From Hypanus sabinus (Eukaryota): a stretch of DNA of 64,000 nucleotides. The stretch is from contig NC_082731.1 of assembly GCF_030144855.1 (NCBI RefSeq), forward strand, positions 11,160,001 to 11,224,000. The letters are read 5' to 3'. A program made the position numbers and the translations under genes. The notes below the pieces were generated by a model, which searched no databases, was not told the DNA's origin, and saw nothing but the letters and a program-made list of their open reading frames with translations. Positions 26,044-38,419 of the stretch are shown in pieces (position 1 is the stretch's first letter; each line of letters opens with the position of its first letter).

Positions 26044-27389
26044 GGCCTATTCTTTCATTTATCAATATCCCTTCATACGATTACAATGCTGTTATTTGTG
26101 TGGCCATCAGTCACTTGGTCTTCTCTGTTCTGTCAGCTGAGTGGTTATTAACTGTTGTGAGGAGTTCTATATAGAATACATTAGACGCTATTGAGCAAGA
26201 CTGTACAATTCTCAAAATTCAGTTACCATCACACGAGTCAAGATAATACAAAACTGACTTAAGAGTACCACTTCAGATGTTCATTTGGAATTCATAATGC
26301 CGGACACAGCAACATTGGATTGAATTTGACTGCAGCTGACGCACCAATTTTTATATAACTACATGTTACACCCTCCTTGCAGATCAGTTAATTTTGGACA
26401 CGTGATTGTCCATTGCAGTCTAAGTCGGCGTTTGCTTAAACTTGAACACTGTTCTCTTGTTGTTCACTTTATCTGGCGCGGTAACCATATCAAGCAGGCC
26501 CTGAGCAAAATCATGCAGCCAAAGCCCGAAACCAAGTTTAGCAAACTTTAGCCCGGGGCCGAGAGGAACAGTTGGATAGATGATAGATCTCATTGAAGTG
26601 TATTTACTTAGAATATCACAGTACCATTCACAGAAAAGTCACGGGGAATATTTAACAACATATTTAAAACACATCATCTAAACATCTGGATTTCTGTAGC
26701 ATATTAATATAAATAGACGAGGACCTGTGCAGTCACTGAACTGGCTACAATGTTTGGGCCCTTCAAATGACTGCTGGTTATTGTGCCAAGGAGTCCAAAA
26801 CGGGATCCAGCATGAGATATCGGGGAGGGCATGACGAGATTCAGAGGGCAAGGACGAGGCTGTGTAAGCTCTCAATTTCAAGATAATTATCTTCACTGAG
26901 AGACTTTGGCAGATCTATAACTCGTGTATGTCAAGATGCATAGGGAAGGTAATTCAGATAGCCTGTCTTCTAGAACACGATGGCATAGTCTATATTATAT
27001 AAAATGTGAAAGACTAAAGAGCTTTTGGGAGGGCATTTCCGTGTTCATGGGTGCTCAGAACTAATAGAAACATAAGCTTTATAGTGGCAATTCAGCAGAG
27101 GCAGACTGAGAAACAGGTGTTAAATAAGATCATATAATAGCGAACATGAAATCCGCTTCAGCCATTTACTAGGACCCGGGGTGGTGGCAGGCGAACGACT
27201 TTTAGGATTCGCTGATGTCGATTGTTTCGGCCTTCTCAATTCTATTGAGCACTGGATGCCGTATAATCAGTGTTAGAGGCCAAATGAAACATGGAGGTCA
27301 ATAGTATTTACTTAGCATCAAGTATGTTTCTGCTTGAAATCACCAACCAAGCATCGTGTACTGTATTCGCCAAGAGATGAGAAGGAAAT

Positions 27390-28240
27390 GTGATTTATAA
27401 ATTTGCCAACGAAACTGCTGTCAGCAGAATCTCAGTGTGTGACAAAGAGGCGTACATCAGTGAGATTAATCAGCTGGTTGAATGGTGCCGCAGCAACAAC
27501 CGTGTTCTCAACAAGAATAAGAGAAATGAACTTATTGTCGACAGCAGAAAGCAGAAGTCGAAGGAACACACGCCAGTCCTAATCGAGGAGTCGGCAGTGG
27601 AAAAGGTGAGCTATTTCAAGTTCCAGGAGGTATTCTCTGAAGATCTATCCAGATCCCAATATATGGATGTAAATAGGGAAATAAGCACGTCGCTGGTATA
27701 TTTTATTAAGAGCTGGAGAAGATTTGGTATATCATCAAAGACCCTACCAAATTTTTGCACAAGTCTAACATTCAAAACGTCAGCATTCTAACTGGCTAAA
27801 TCGCCAGCTGGTATTTAGGCACCATTGCATGGGAACCGTAAATACTGCAGAGAGTTGTGTGCAGCTATCCATAGGAACGAGTCTCCCCAGCATTGAGAAC
27901 ACGTCATAAGGCGGTGCCTCAAGGGGTTGGCAACAATCATTAAGGGCTCCCACCATCCAGGATGTGCCATCTTCTCATTTCTGCCATCAGAAGTACAGGG
28001 GTATGAAGGCTCACATTCAACTTTTTAGGAACAGCTTCTGTTCCTTCTTCATCAGATTCTGAACCCAGCCATGAACCCACTAAAACTACCTTACTAATTT
28101 CCCCCTTTTATCACTACTTATTTATTTTTAAGCATCTCTTTCATATTGTACTTTTAGCATGTTTTATGTATTGCATTGTACTGCTGCTGCAAAACAATAA
28201 AATTCGCGAAAATGTCAAAGAAAATTATTCTGATCCTGAT
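27390..28240 (+). mobile_element. Rex1/Babar-type LINE 3' fragment
   Basis: KFANETAV…AYISEINQLVEWCRSNN…KTLPNF peptides. Confidence 0.8.
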
Positions 28241-28563
28241 ATTATTCCGTGCTGTTGTCTATTGTCTATGAACCTTTGGCTTTTAAAGTTCAGATGACAG
28301 GTACACATGCACAAACGAGCCTATCCGTCAAATCAGATCTCGAATCTAATCTCCAAGAACCGCTAGGATCTGAATAACCTTAGTAATTTGCCCTATATCG
28401 TTGCCTCTCTCGTCTCCCTGCCATATTTGCGACACGTGAAAAGGAAAGAATGGAACTATACTAATATATTTATGAAGCTAATATAAAAAAACTGAAAAAT
28501 GTTTTACTCTTAAGAGCAAAAATAAGAACACACATGTGGAAGCCAAGAAGTTTTCATTCTGAA

Positions 28564-28569
28564 TTTATT
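28564..28569 (-). terminator. Probable poly(A) signal of the secreted-form mRNA
   Basis: First AATAAA I found on the minus strand after the secretory stop, ~300 nt downstream. Confidence 0.55.
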
Positions 28570-28867
28570 TCAATATAATGTGGCGGACAGAATAAATCGC
28601 TATCTGCTATCTATTCCGCGACTTAATAGCATCTCTGAGTACTACATTTTCAGAATCAATGTAAAGTAGAAAATATTCTAATGCTATCGAGAGCTCATCA
28701 GAATGTTAATGAATAAATGAAATTTATGGAATATTTCATTTGCGGTAGGATAATCTGAAGAGTGAATGCTATGCGTGGTCTTCAGTAAATCAGCAAAACG
28801 GAAACTCAAACAGCTACGTGGTAAGCAAGAAACACTTCCAAGCTACTAGTCATCAAATCAAGGATGA

Positions 28868-29250
28868 TTAGACGCTTGATTTAAAGCTGTCGGTTAGAAC
28901 AACTGACACGTTAACTAAAGTAGGTTTACCCTGGGATTTATTAATACTTCTGACTATATTTGTTTGTAGCGACGGATGTCCAACCAAACAGCTATAGGTG
29001 GTTCCCTTCTCCCAGTCTTCTGCGCTGATCCTCAGTTTGCTGGTAACCGAGTTAGAGCCGTTTTCCTTATCGCTGTTAAACTGGATGGAGAATCCCGAAT
29101 GCAAAAGGTTGTCACTAGCCATCCAGCCGACGTATATATCTTCCGGATAAAAACCGGTCACCAGGCAAATTAGGGTAGCTGCTTCCTCGGCTTGAATCTC
29201 CTCAGCTGATGGGTACAAAAGGTAGGCTTTCGGGCGGTGCATTTCAGTAA
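28868..29250 (-). CDS. IgNAR: IgNAR C5 exon plus secretory tailpiece; internal donor after 28930 for the membrane form
   Basis: Acceptor tttttctcttccAG. VTEMHRPKAYLLYPS…ATLICLVTGFYPEDIYVGWMA…TTYSCLVGHPSL matches IgNAR C5. Tail is GKPTLVNVSVVLTDSFKSSV*. The CAG G|GTAAAC donor sits in the GK codons, as in other Ig heavy chains. Confidence 0.96.
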
Positions 29251-29635
29251 CTGGAAGAGAAAAACATATTTCAAATTAGTTTCATCTTTGACTTGCAGAT
29301 TTGTATCTTCAACAGACTCCAGATGTTCAAACATCAGTAAACTCAGAAATTAGATCAGCTTTTCAACACAAGACATATCGGCTCCAGATTTAAATAAGGT
29401 GTTGCATTTGCTCTTTGTTATTAAGATACCATGTATAGTTTTACAGTTTTGTGTATTTACTTTTTTCTACGTTACCACGGGTGTCCTGATCGTTTTTTTT
29501 TCTTCTGGATTGCTGTTACGCAACGGAATGGAGGAGATTATGTTTTCAATTCTATTGATTAGGTCATGAATGTCACTGCCAAAATGTTTGTTTGATATAC
29601 CATGCGTACTCAAGACGGCAGTTAATTGCGCTTAC

Positions 29636-29956
29636 CCTTGTTTTTTTGGGTGGCGATTGTCAGTGGTGTTGGCAGATCACGGTCTTCTACGACACACAGG
29701 TATTCGGTTCCACTGTTCCACTCCTCCATACTGATCTTCAGTTTGCTAATGATGACGAATTTACTTCCCCTCCTCTCTGGACCGCGAGTCTCTACTCCGT
29801 TCATTCTCCGACTCCCATTTACTTGCCAGGAGACTGTGACATTCTGTAAATCAGTGTAAACCACTTCGCACACAATTGTTGCCCTCCGAAGCATCCAAAT
29901 CTCTTCAAAGGAAGGCTTTTTTATGATGGCATTAATGTCAGCCATAAGGCATTCTT
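29636..29956 (-). CDS. IgNAR: IgNAR constant exon, C4-type
   Basis: Acceptor cacttttttgccAG, donor GTAAGC, 321 nt, phase 1/1. EECLMADINAIIKKPSFEEIW…ATIVCEVVYTDLQNVTVSWQVNG…SKLK…EWNSGTEYLCVVEDRDLPTP matches IgNAR C4 (VDCRQTDI…PPFEEIW…ATIVCEIVYSDLEN…GTEYVCLVEDSELPTP). Confidence 0.95.
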
Positions 29957-31289
29957 CTGGCAAAAAAGTGGGAATGGTTATATTCATTCTGTGATGTTCA
30001 AGATGTGGATTATAACAACTCTAACCAGGCCGGAGTAGCACATAATCCCACTTACTACGCATTTCTCTGTGAATTTTTTTTCTGCTTCCCTAATACAGCT
30101 GTACTTGCCTTATCAACCCGACTCCTCTATCTTCCTTGTCTGATATACTCATTGATTCTGCTGATTATAGATACCACAGCGCAAACAGTACACTGACATA
30201 ACTTTAACAGTAAGTACTTTTTCCCATTCAGGGATGCAAACGTTCCCCCTTAGATCTTCAAAATACTGAGAGAAAACGTGGCTTCCTTCAAAGATATTCA
30301 CACAAAATGAGCAAAGGTTTTGTCTGCCAGTCCCCAGTGTGATTCTGAAATAAGCTGATCGAAAAGAACTATTAAGTGGAAAGCAATACTCAGTTAAAAC
30401 TACAGTACTTTCTCCATTATGGACGGAGTAGCACGCTCTTCGAAATAAGAAAACAAAATATAACATGCCACTGAATTCTAATCAAGAACAGGTTGTGTGC
30501 ATAGCATTCAACATATCACTACTTTACGAGCCGAGGACTGACTGCCAGTTCTTCAATATTTTCGGTCATTTGTGGGAGTTACTCCTCTAGAAATAGGAAA
30601 ATTTGCCAGTAACGTGAAACCGAAGCGGCCACGTTGACTCTGTAGGTTACCAAGTGCCATAAAATATAATGGAACCACGTATTCCAAGGAAGCCCTTGCC
30701 ACTTGATTCGTCTTGAAAATTATAAAACTCTACTGCGATGTATGAGCCGACACCTGCATTATTTACCAACCAACGCATTCCAGAAAAAATATAAACTGTG
30801 GTATTAAAATACAGTAACATTTGGAGGATCAATTCAGTTTCAAATGTGCACGAGCCTTTAGTAATTTCGCTTTCTTACTTTTGCTTAGATTCTCGATGCC
30901 CCTAGTACGTTCATTGTTTACCTATCTTGCATAGAAAACGTGACCTATTTTCCTGAGTTGCTTCAATGCTCCTGGTGAAGCATAATTTTCGCAGCTGTTG
31001 GGTAGAGAGTTACAGGATATAAACCCATCGAAATTGAAGGGAAGGTTCCAAGTAAGACCCGCGTATTCGAAGCCCCAGTCCATCATGGTATTTTGTGTTT
31101 GGGTGATACTGTCAGAATAGCACGGGTGAATAAAAGCAGTCTATTTTGTGCATGTTAAACAGTACAGCAAGCATGTACCAGAAGCGAACCCTGTAAGGGT
31201 TTACGGCCCTACATGCTGTGGCGAACAGGATATCACAGTGATCGATATTGGGGCCTCAGATGCTCTGAGTCTATTTCAATGATATTACT

Positions 31290-34200
31290 GGGGGATATAC
31301 CAACGATATAGGTAAAAAAAATACGGGATGAGGTCCTACAATGTGAATTTAGGGAGTAAGGAGATAAATTAAAAAGTAGGACCACAAAGGTAATAATCTC
31401 TGGATTACTACCAGTGCCATGTGCTAGTCAGAGTAAAAATCGGAGGATATTTCAGATGAATACGTGGCTTGAAGAATGGTGCAAAGGGGAGAGATTCAAA
31501 TTTCTGGGGCATTAGAACCCGTTCTGGGGAGGTGGGACAGGTATAAACAGGACGGTCTGCACCTGGGCTGCACTGAAACCAATGTCCTAGGGGGAGCGTT
31601 TGCTACTGCTGTTCAGGAGGCATTAAACTAATGTGGTAGGGGGATGGATACAAGTGCAGTGAGACAGAAGGGTGTAAAATGAGGGTAGAAGCAAAAAGCA
31701 GTAAGTTCAAAAGTAAAACTGGCAGGCAGGCAAATCCGGGGCAAAAAGCAAAAATAGACACTTTTCAACATAATTGTATAAGGGCTAAGAGTGTTGTAAA
31801 TAGAAGCCTGAAGGCTTTGAGTATCAATGCGAGGAGCATTCGTAACAAGGTGGATGAATTGAATGTGCAGATAGTTATTAATGAATATATAAATTTGGGA
31901 TCACAGAGACATGGCTCCAGGATGGGAGCTCAACATCCAGGGATATTCATTATTTAGGAGGGAGAGACAGGAAAGAAAAGGAGGTGGGGTAGCACTGCTG
32001 GTTAGAGAGGAGATTAACGCAATAGAAAGGAAAGGCATTAGCCTGGAGGATGTGGAATCGATATGGGTACAGCTCTCTAACACTAAGGGGCAGAAAACGC
32101 TGGCGGGAGTTGTGTACAGTCCACCTAACAATAGTAGTGAGGTTGGGGATGGCATTAAACAGGAAATTAGAAATGCGTGCAATAAAGGAACAGTAGTCAT
32201 AATGGGCGACTTCAATCTACATATAGATTTGGTGAACCAAATTGGTAAGGGTGTTGAGGAAGAAGATTTCTTGGAAAGTATGCGTGATGGTTTTTTGAAC
32301 CAACATGTCGAGGAACCAGCTAAAGAGCAGGCCATTCTAGATTGGGTATTCAGCAATGAGAAAGGGTTAATTAGCAATCTTGTCATGTGAGGCCCCATGG
32401 GTAAGAGTGACCATAATATGGTGGAATTCTTCATTAAGATGGAGAATGACATAGATAATTCAGAAACAAAGGTTCTGAACTGAAAGAAGGGTAACTTTGA
32501 AGGTGTGAGACGTGAATTAACTAAGATAGGCTGGCAAATGATACTTAAAGGGTTGACGGTGGATATTCAATGTCAAGCATTTAAAGATCGCATGGATGAA
32601 CTACAACAATTGTTCATCCCAATTTGGCAAAATAATAAACCAGGGAAGGTAGTGCACCCGTGGCTGACAAGGGAAATTAGGGATAGTATCAACTCCAAAG
32701 AAGAAACATATAAATTAGCCAAAAAAAGCGGCATACCCGAGAACTGGGAGAAATTCAGATTCCAGCAGAGGAGGACAAACAGCTTAATTAGGGAAGGGAA
32801 AAAAGTTTATGAGAGAAAGCCGGCAGGGAACATAAAACCTGACTGTAAAAGCTTTCATAGATATGCGAAAAGAAAAAGATTGGTCAAGACGAATGTAGGT
32901 CCTTTACAGTCAGAAACCGGTGTATTGATCATAGGGAACAAAGACATGGCAGACCAATTGAATAACTACTTTGGTTCTGTCTTCACTAAGGAAGACATAA
33001 ATAATCTTCTGGAAATTGTAAGGGTCCGAGGGTCTAGTGAGATGGAGAAACTGAGGGAAATACGTTAGTAGAGAAGTGGTGTTAGGTAAATTGAAGGGAT
33101 TAAAGGCAGATAAATCCCCAGGGCCAGATGGTCTGCATCCCAGAGTGCTTAAGGAACTATCCCAGGAAATAGTGGATGCATTAATGATAATTTTTCAAAA
33201 CTCCTTAGATTCTGGATTAGTTCCTGAGGATTGGAGGATGGCAAATGTAACCCCTCTTTTTAAAAAAGTAGGGAGAGAGAAACCGGGGAATTATACACTG
33301 GTTAGTCTGACATCGGTGGTGGGGAAAATGCTAGAGTCGGTTATCAAAGATGTGATAACAGCACATTTGGCAAGAGCTGAAATTATCGGACAAATTCAGC
33401 ATGGATTTGTGAAAGGAAAATCATGCCTGACGAATCTTATAGAATTTTTGGAAGATGTAACTAGTAGAGTCGGTAGGGGAGAGTCAGTGGAAGTGGTATA
33501 TTTAGATTTTCAAAAGGCTTTTGACAAGGTCCCCCACAAGAGATAAGTGTGCAAACGTAAAGCACACGGTATTGGGGGTATGGTATTGATGTGGATAGAG
33601 AATTGTTTGGCAGACAGGAAGCAAAGAGTAGGAGTAATCGGGACCTTTTCAGAATGGCAGGCAGTGACTAGTGGGATACCGCAAGGCTCAGTGCTGGGAC
33701 CCCAGTTATTTACAATATATATTAATGATTTAGACGAGGGAATTAAATGCAACATCTCCAGGTTTGCGGTTGACACGAAGCTGGGCGGCGGTGTTAGCTG
33801 TGAGGAGGATGCGAAGAGGATGCAGGGTGACTTGGATACGTTATGTGAGTGGGCAAATTCATGGCAGATGCAATTTAATATTGATAAATGTGGGGTTATC
33901 CACTTTGGTTGCAAGAACAGGAAAACAGATTATTATCTGAAAGGTGGCCGATTAGGAAAAGGGGAGGTGTAACGAGACCTGGGTGTTGTCTTTGTACACC
34001 AGTCATTGAACGTGGGCATGCAGGTACAACAGGTGGTGAAAAAGGCAAATGGTATGTTGGCATTCATAGCAAAAGGATCTGAGTACAGGAGCAGGGAGGT
34101 TCTACTGCGGTTGGACAAGGCCTTGGTGAGACCGCACCTAGAATATTGTGTGTAATTTTGGTCCCCTAATTTGAGGAAAGACATTCTTGCCATAGAGGGA

Positions 34201-34690
34201 GGACAGAGAAGGTTCACCAGATTGATTCCTGGGATGGCAGGACTTTCATATGAAGAAAGACTGAATCGACTACGCTTATACTCACTGGAATTTAGAAGAT
34301 TGAGGGGGGATCTTATTGAAACGTATAAAATTCTAAAGAGATTGGACAGGCTAGATGCAGGAAGATTGTTTCCGATGTTGAGGAAGTCCAGAACGAGGGG
34401 TCACAGCTTAAGGTTAAAGTGGGAGCCTTTTAGGACCAGGATGAAGCAAAACTTCTTCACAGAGAGAGTGGTGAATCTCTGGAATTCTCTGCCACAGGAA
34501 ACAGTTGAGGCCAGTTCATTGGCTATATTTAAGAGGAAGTTAGATATGACCCTTGTGGCTAAATGGATCAGAGGGTATGGAGAGAAAACAGGTACAGGGT
34601 TCTGAGTTGAAAGATCAGCCATGATCATGCTGAATGGCTGTGCAGGCTCGAAGGGCCGAATAGCCTACCCCTGCACATATTTTCTTTGTT
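31290..34690 (+). mobile_element. Near-full-length CR1 LINE (ORF1 esterase-like part, ORF2 APE + RT, 3' tail), inactivated by stops and frameshifts
   Basis: Consecutive ORFs 31911-34605: VIMGDFNLH (APE), SPGPDGLHPRVLKE, YLDFQKAFDKVPH, QGSVLGP, FAVDTKL. 3' end tttctttgtttctat. Confidence 0.95.
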
Positions 34691-35271
34691 TCTATATACT
34701 GTAATATGTCTGTTTACTGGGAACAGAAGTTATGTGGAATCGTGGGCTGTGGGAAAGATTCTGGGAGAATTTGGTGGGATGTACACAAGGTAAGTAAATT
34801 GGTAAGTACTCAGCAGATTGAATGTTACGTGGAAAACTTGAGGATATCGACGATAGTATATTTTATCAATAGTCGGAAACTGGAAAAAGTTGGTGTTTGG
34901 GGTGTTCTGAATGTTTTTGTGCGTGAACCATCGAATATACGGAGCAGATTATTACAATTTATTTTAGTTATTGTCTAGAACTTATGCCGCCGAAATCTCA
35001 CTTTGCAGTCGGTGTCAACTTTAGGATCTGATATCGATCTTCCCGCAAGACATGGACTGCTTCATTTGATGAGGATTGTGGCTGGATTTGTTCAATATGC
35101 TGACATAAACGACCATCTGTGCTTATCATGAAAAAGTGTTCTCTCATGAAGCTCCTGAAGGGTACTAAACTGCCCTAACCATCTAATACGATGACGTCTT
35201 TGTGCTTGTATAATTGATTTTCATCATCTTCTTTGGGGCAAATACTGGTTCTGACCTTTGCCAACCAACAA

Positions 35272-35490
35272 CACGGAGCCACGGTAGCGCGACGCTATTA
35301 CCGCTCGGAACGTGTTGGAGTTCGGAGTTTAATGCCTGCGCTGTTCAATGAGGAGTCTCTACGTTGTCCCCGTGTCATGCACGGGTTTTCCCCAGCTGCT
35401 CCAGTTTCTTCCCAGAGTCAAAGAAAAACATACCGGTTTGGTTAGTTGGGGTCATTGAGAAGCATAACTCGCATGTATCTGTATCACAAT
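35272..35490 (+). mobile_element. tRNA-derived SINE (V-SINE/HE1-like)
   Basis: tRNA-like head followed by a gggttttccccagctgctccagtttcttccca central motif. Confidence 0.65.
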
Positions 35491-37560
35491 GGAATACAAT
35501 GAATTGCAGAGGCACGAGAGAGGAGCTTGTCCAGGGAGATTGGAAGAGAATATTGGCGGAGATAACGGCAGAGCAGAGATGACTGAAGTTTCTGGGAATA
35601 GTTCCACAAGACGCAGGATAGATATGTGACGCAGAGGAAGAAGTTCTCAAATGGCAACCGTGGCTGGCAAAGGAAGATAAGGGCTGTGTAAAAGCCAAGG
35701 CAAGAGCATATAAGGTAGCAGAAGTGAGTGGGAATTTAGATGATTGGGAAGCGTTTAAAATCAAACAAAAGGCAACTACAAAAAAGCTATAGAAAGGGGA
35801 AAAGTGAAATTTGAGGACAGACTAGCCAATAATATAAAGCAGGATATTAAAAGTTTTTTTTTCAATTATATAAAGGGTAAAAGGGAGGTGAGAGGTAATA
35901 TTGGACCATTAGAAAATGAAGCTGGTAAGGTAATAATGGAGACAAAGAAATGTCAGATGAACGTAATGGGTACTTTGCACCTATCTTCACTGTGGAAGAC
36001 ACTAGCAGTGTGCCAGAGGTCAATGGGCATCAGGGAGCAGGAGTGAGTGCCATTGCTATTACAAAGGAAAATAGTGCAAGGCAAACTTAAAGGTCTTAAG
36101 GTACGTAAGTCACCTAGATCAAATGGTTTACATCCCAGACTCCTGAGAGAGGTTGCTGAAGAGATAACGGATGCATTGGCCATGATCTTTCAAGAATCAC
36201 TTGATTCTGGCATGGTCCTGGAGGTCTGGAAAATGTCAAATGTCACTCCACTCGTTAAGGAGGGCGGGCTATAGGCCAGTTAGCCTAATCTCAGTGGTTG
36301 GGAAAGTGTTGGAGTCTATTACTAAGGGTGAAGTTTTGAGGTACTTGGAGACTGATGTTAAAAAAGTCAAAGTAAGCATGGTTTCTGTGAAGGGAAATCT
36401 TGCCTGACAAATCTTTTAGAATTCTTCGAGGAAGTAACAACCAGGTTGGACAGAGCGAGGCTGTGAATGTCATTTAATTGGATTTTTAGAAGTGGTGTGA
36501 TAAGATGCCACAACTGAGGCTGCTCAACAATATAAAACCCTATCTCTTTACCGGAAAGATGCAAGTATGGATGCCAGAATAGCTGACAGACAGCAGGCAG
36601 TGAATGGGAATAACAGGAGCCTTTTTCTGGCTAGCTGCCGGGGACTAGTGGTGTTCCTCATGGGTCAGGAATGGGACACCTGCTTTTCACATTGTTTATC
36701 AATGGTTCACATAATGGAATTGATGGCTTCGTAGCAAAAGTTGCGGCTTATACGAAGAAAGGTGGAGGCGCAGGTAGTGCTGAGGAAGCAATGCAATTGC
36801 AGCAGGGCTTAGAGAAATTGGAAGAATGGACAAAAAGGTGGCAAATGGAACACAGTGTTGGGAAATGTATGATAATACATTCTGGTAAAAGGAACAATAG
36901 TGCGAACTATTATCTAAATGGGGAAAAGTTTCAAATATCACAGGTGAAGAGGGACTTAGATGTGCTCGTGCAAGACTGCCAGAAAGTTCATTTACAGGTT
37001 GAGCTTGTGGTAAAGAAGGCCAATGCAACGTTGGCATTTATTTCGAGGGGAATAGAATACAACGGCAAGGAGTTTGTGCTGATCATTTATGAGGCACTAG
37101 TTAGGCCGCACTTAAAGTATTGTCACCAGTTTAGGGCCCAATATCACAGAAAGGATGTGCTGTCATTGGAGAGAGTCCAGAGGAGGTTCCCGAGGATGAT
37201 TCCAGGAATGACGGGGAAAACACGGTACTCACTGGAATTTAGAAGAATGCGTGTGGATCTCATTGAAACCTTCTTAATGTTGAGAGGACGAGATAGGGTG
37301 ATGTGGAAAGGATGTTTTCTATGGTGGGGTATCAAGCCCGAGATGGCACAGTCTCAACATTGACGGGCGACCCTTTAGAACAGAGGTAACGAGGAATTTT
37401 TTCAGCCAGCGAATAGTAGATCTGTGGAATGCTCTGCCACAGACTGAGGTGTTGGCCGCCCGTACATATAGTTAAGGCGGAAGTTGATCGTTTTCTGATC
37501 GGTAAGGACATCAAAGGATATGGCGAGAATTTTATTGGTGACGTAATTGTCGCAACGCCC
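35490..37560 (+). mobile_element. Degenerate CR1 LINE ORF2
   Basis: GLHPRLLREVAEEI, ISRGIEY and LVRPHLKYC peptides. Confidence 0.88.
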
Positions 37561-37584
37561 GTCTTATAACCATTTAATGTAGCC

Positions 37585-37720
37585 AAATAACCATATAACA
37601 ATTACAGCACGGAAACAGGCCATTCTAGTCTGTGCCAAACGCTTACTCTCACCTAGTCCCACCGACTTGCACTCAGCCCATAACCCCCCATTCCTTTCCT
37701 GTCCATATACTCGTCCAGTT
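37585..37720 (-). mobile_element. Short CR1 3'-end fragment ending ~25 nt from the C2 splice donor
   Basis: cataaccatataacaattacagcacggaaacaggcc is a typical reverse CR1 tail. Confidence 0.6.
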
Positions 37721-37742
37721 CGATTGTTCTTATTGCACCCAC

Positions 37743-38045
37743 CTTTAGTGTTTCGTGTCCGTTTTGATAACGGAGTATCTAATTGATTGTCCTGCACCGA
37801 GCAGGAGTATTCTACCCCGCTGTCCCACTCCGCAACGCTGCTGGTCAAACGGCTGACTGTCAGGTATTGGCTTCCGAACTTTGTTGCTTGTCCTGTTTGA
37901 ACACCATCAGGCCTTTCCTTTCCACCCACTCTCCAAGATATGGAAACCTCAGCTGGAGTTGTGGCGATCACTTCACAGACCAGTGTGGCAGTTTTGTTTG
38001 TGCACATTTCTTCAACGGTAGGATCTCTGAGAAACAATGCGAATC
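37743..38045 (-). CDS. IgNAR: IgNAR constant exon, C2-type (first constant exon present)
   Basis: Acceptor ttttgtgctctAG, donor GTGGGT, 303 nt, phase 1/1. GFALFLRDPTVEEMCTNKTATLVCEV…SWRV…QYLTVSRLTSSVAEWDSGVEYSC…TPLSKRTRNTK closely matches nurse shark IgNAR C2 as recalled (EIAVLLRDPTVEEIW…QYLTISRLTSSVEEWQSGVEYTC). Confidence 0.95.
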
Positions 38046-38419
38046 CTAGAGCACAAAATTGAGAGGCTGATTTATTGATGATGCACCTGAAACTTAGCAA
38101 TGATTTCAATTTAATAATAAAGAAGTGTGAAGGGACGGATACATTCAGACTTCCCCTGAAAGGACGACAGTGATAAAATACCGGAGTGGGGAAAGGGTCA
38201 GTGGCTTGTGGTAGAATAGTCAGAGGTATGGAGCTAGCCGAGGGAGGAAAGAACACAGAAAGCTAGATCGTGGAAGCAAATATTAGATGGAAAAAGGTGG
38301 CAACATATGAAACGTCTAAGGTCATTCCATGTATATATGCAAGAATGAAAGACCAGTTTAGCACAAAGTTTAACGGTTTGAGTCGTCGGGTGGTTGCATC
38401 GACTACTTTCTTCCTTTCA

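Noticed and set aside
30980-31050. 'GLYP…PTAA' on minus, reminiscent of C3 (GFYP…FPTA)
   Set aside because: No flanking Cys/Trp framework, wrong spacing and no splice sites; consistent with chance.
31234-31240. Isolated CACAGTG heptamer as a stray RSS
   Set aside because: No nonamer at 12 or 22/23 nt and no gene segment adjacent.
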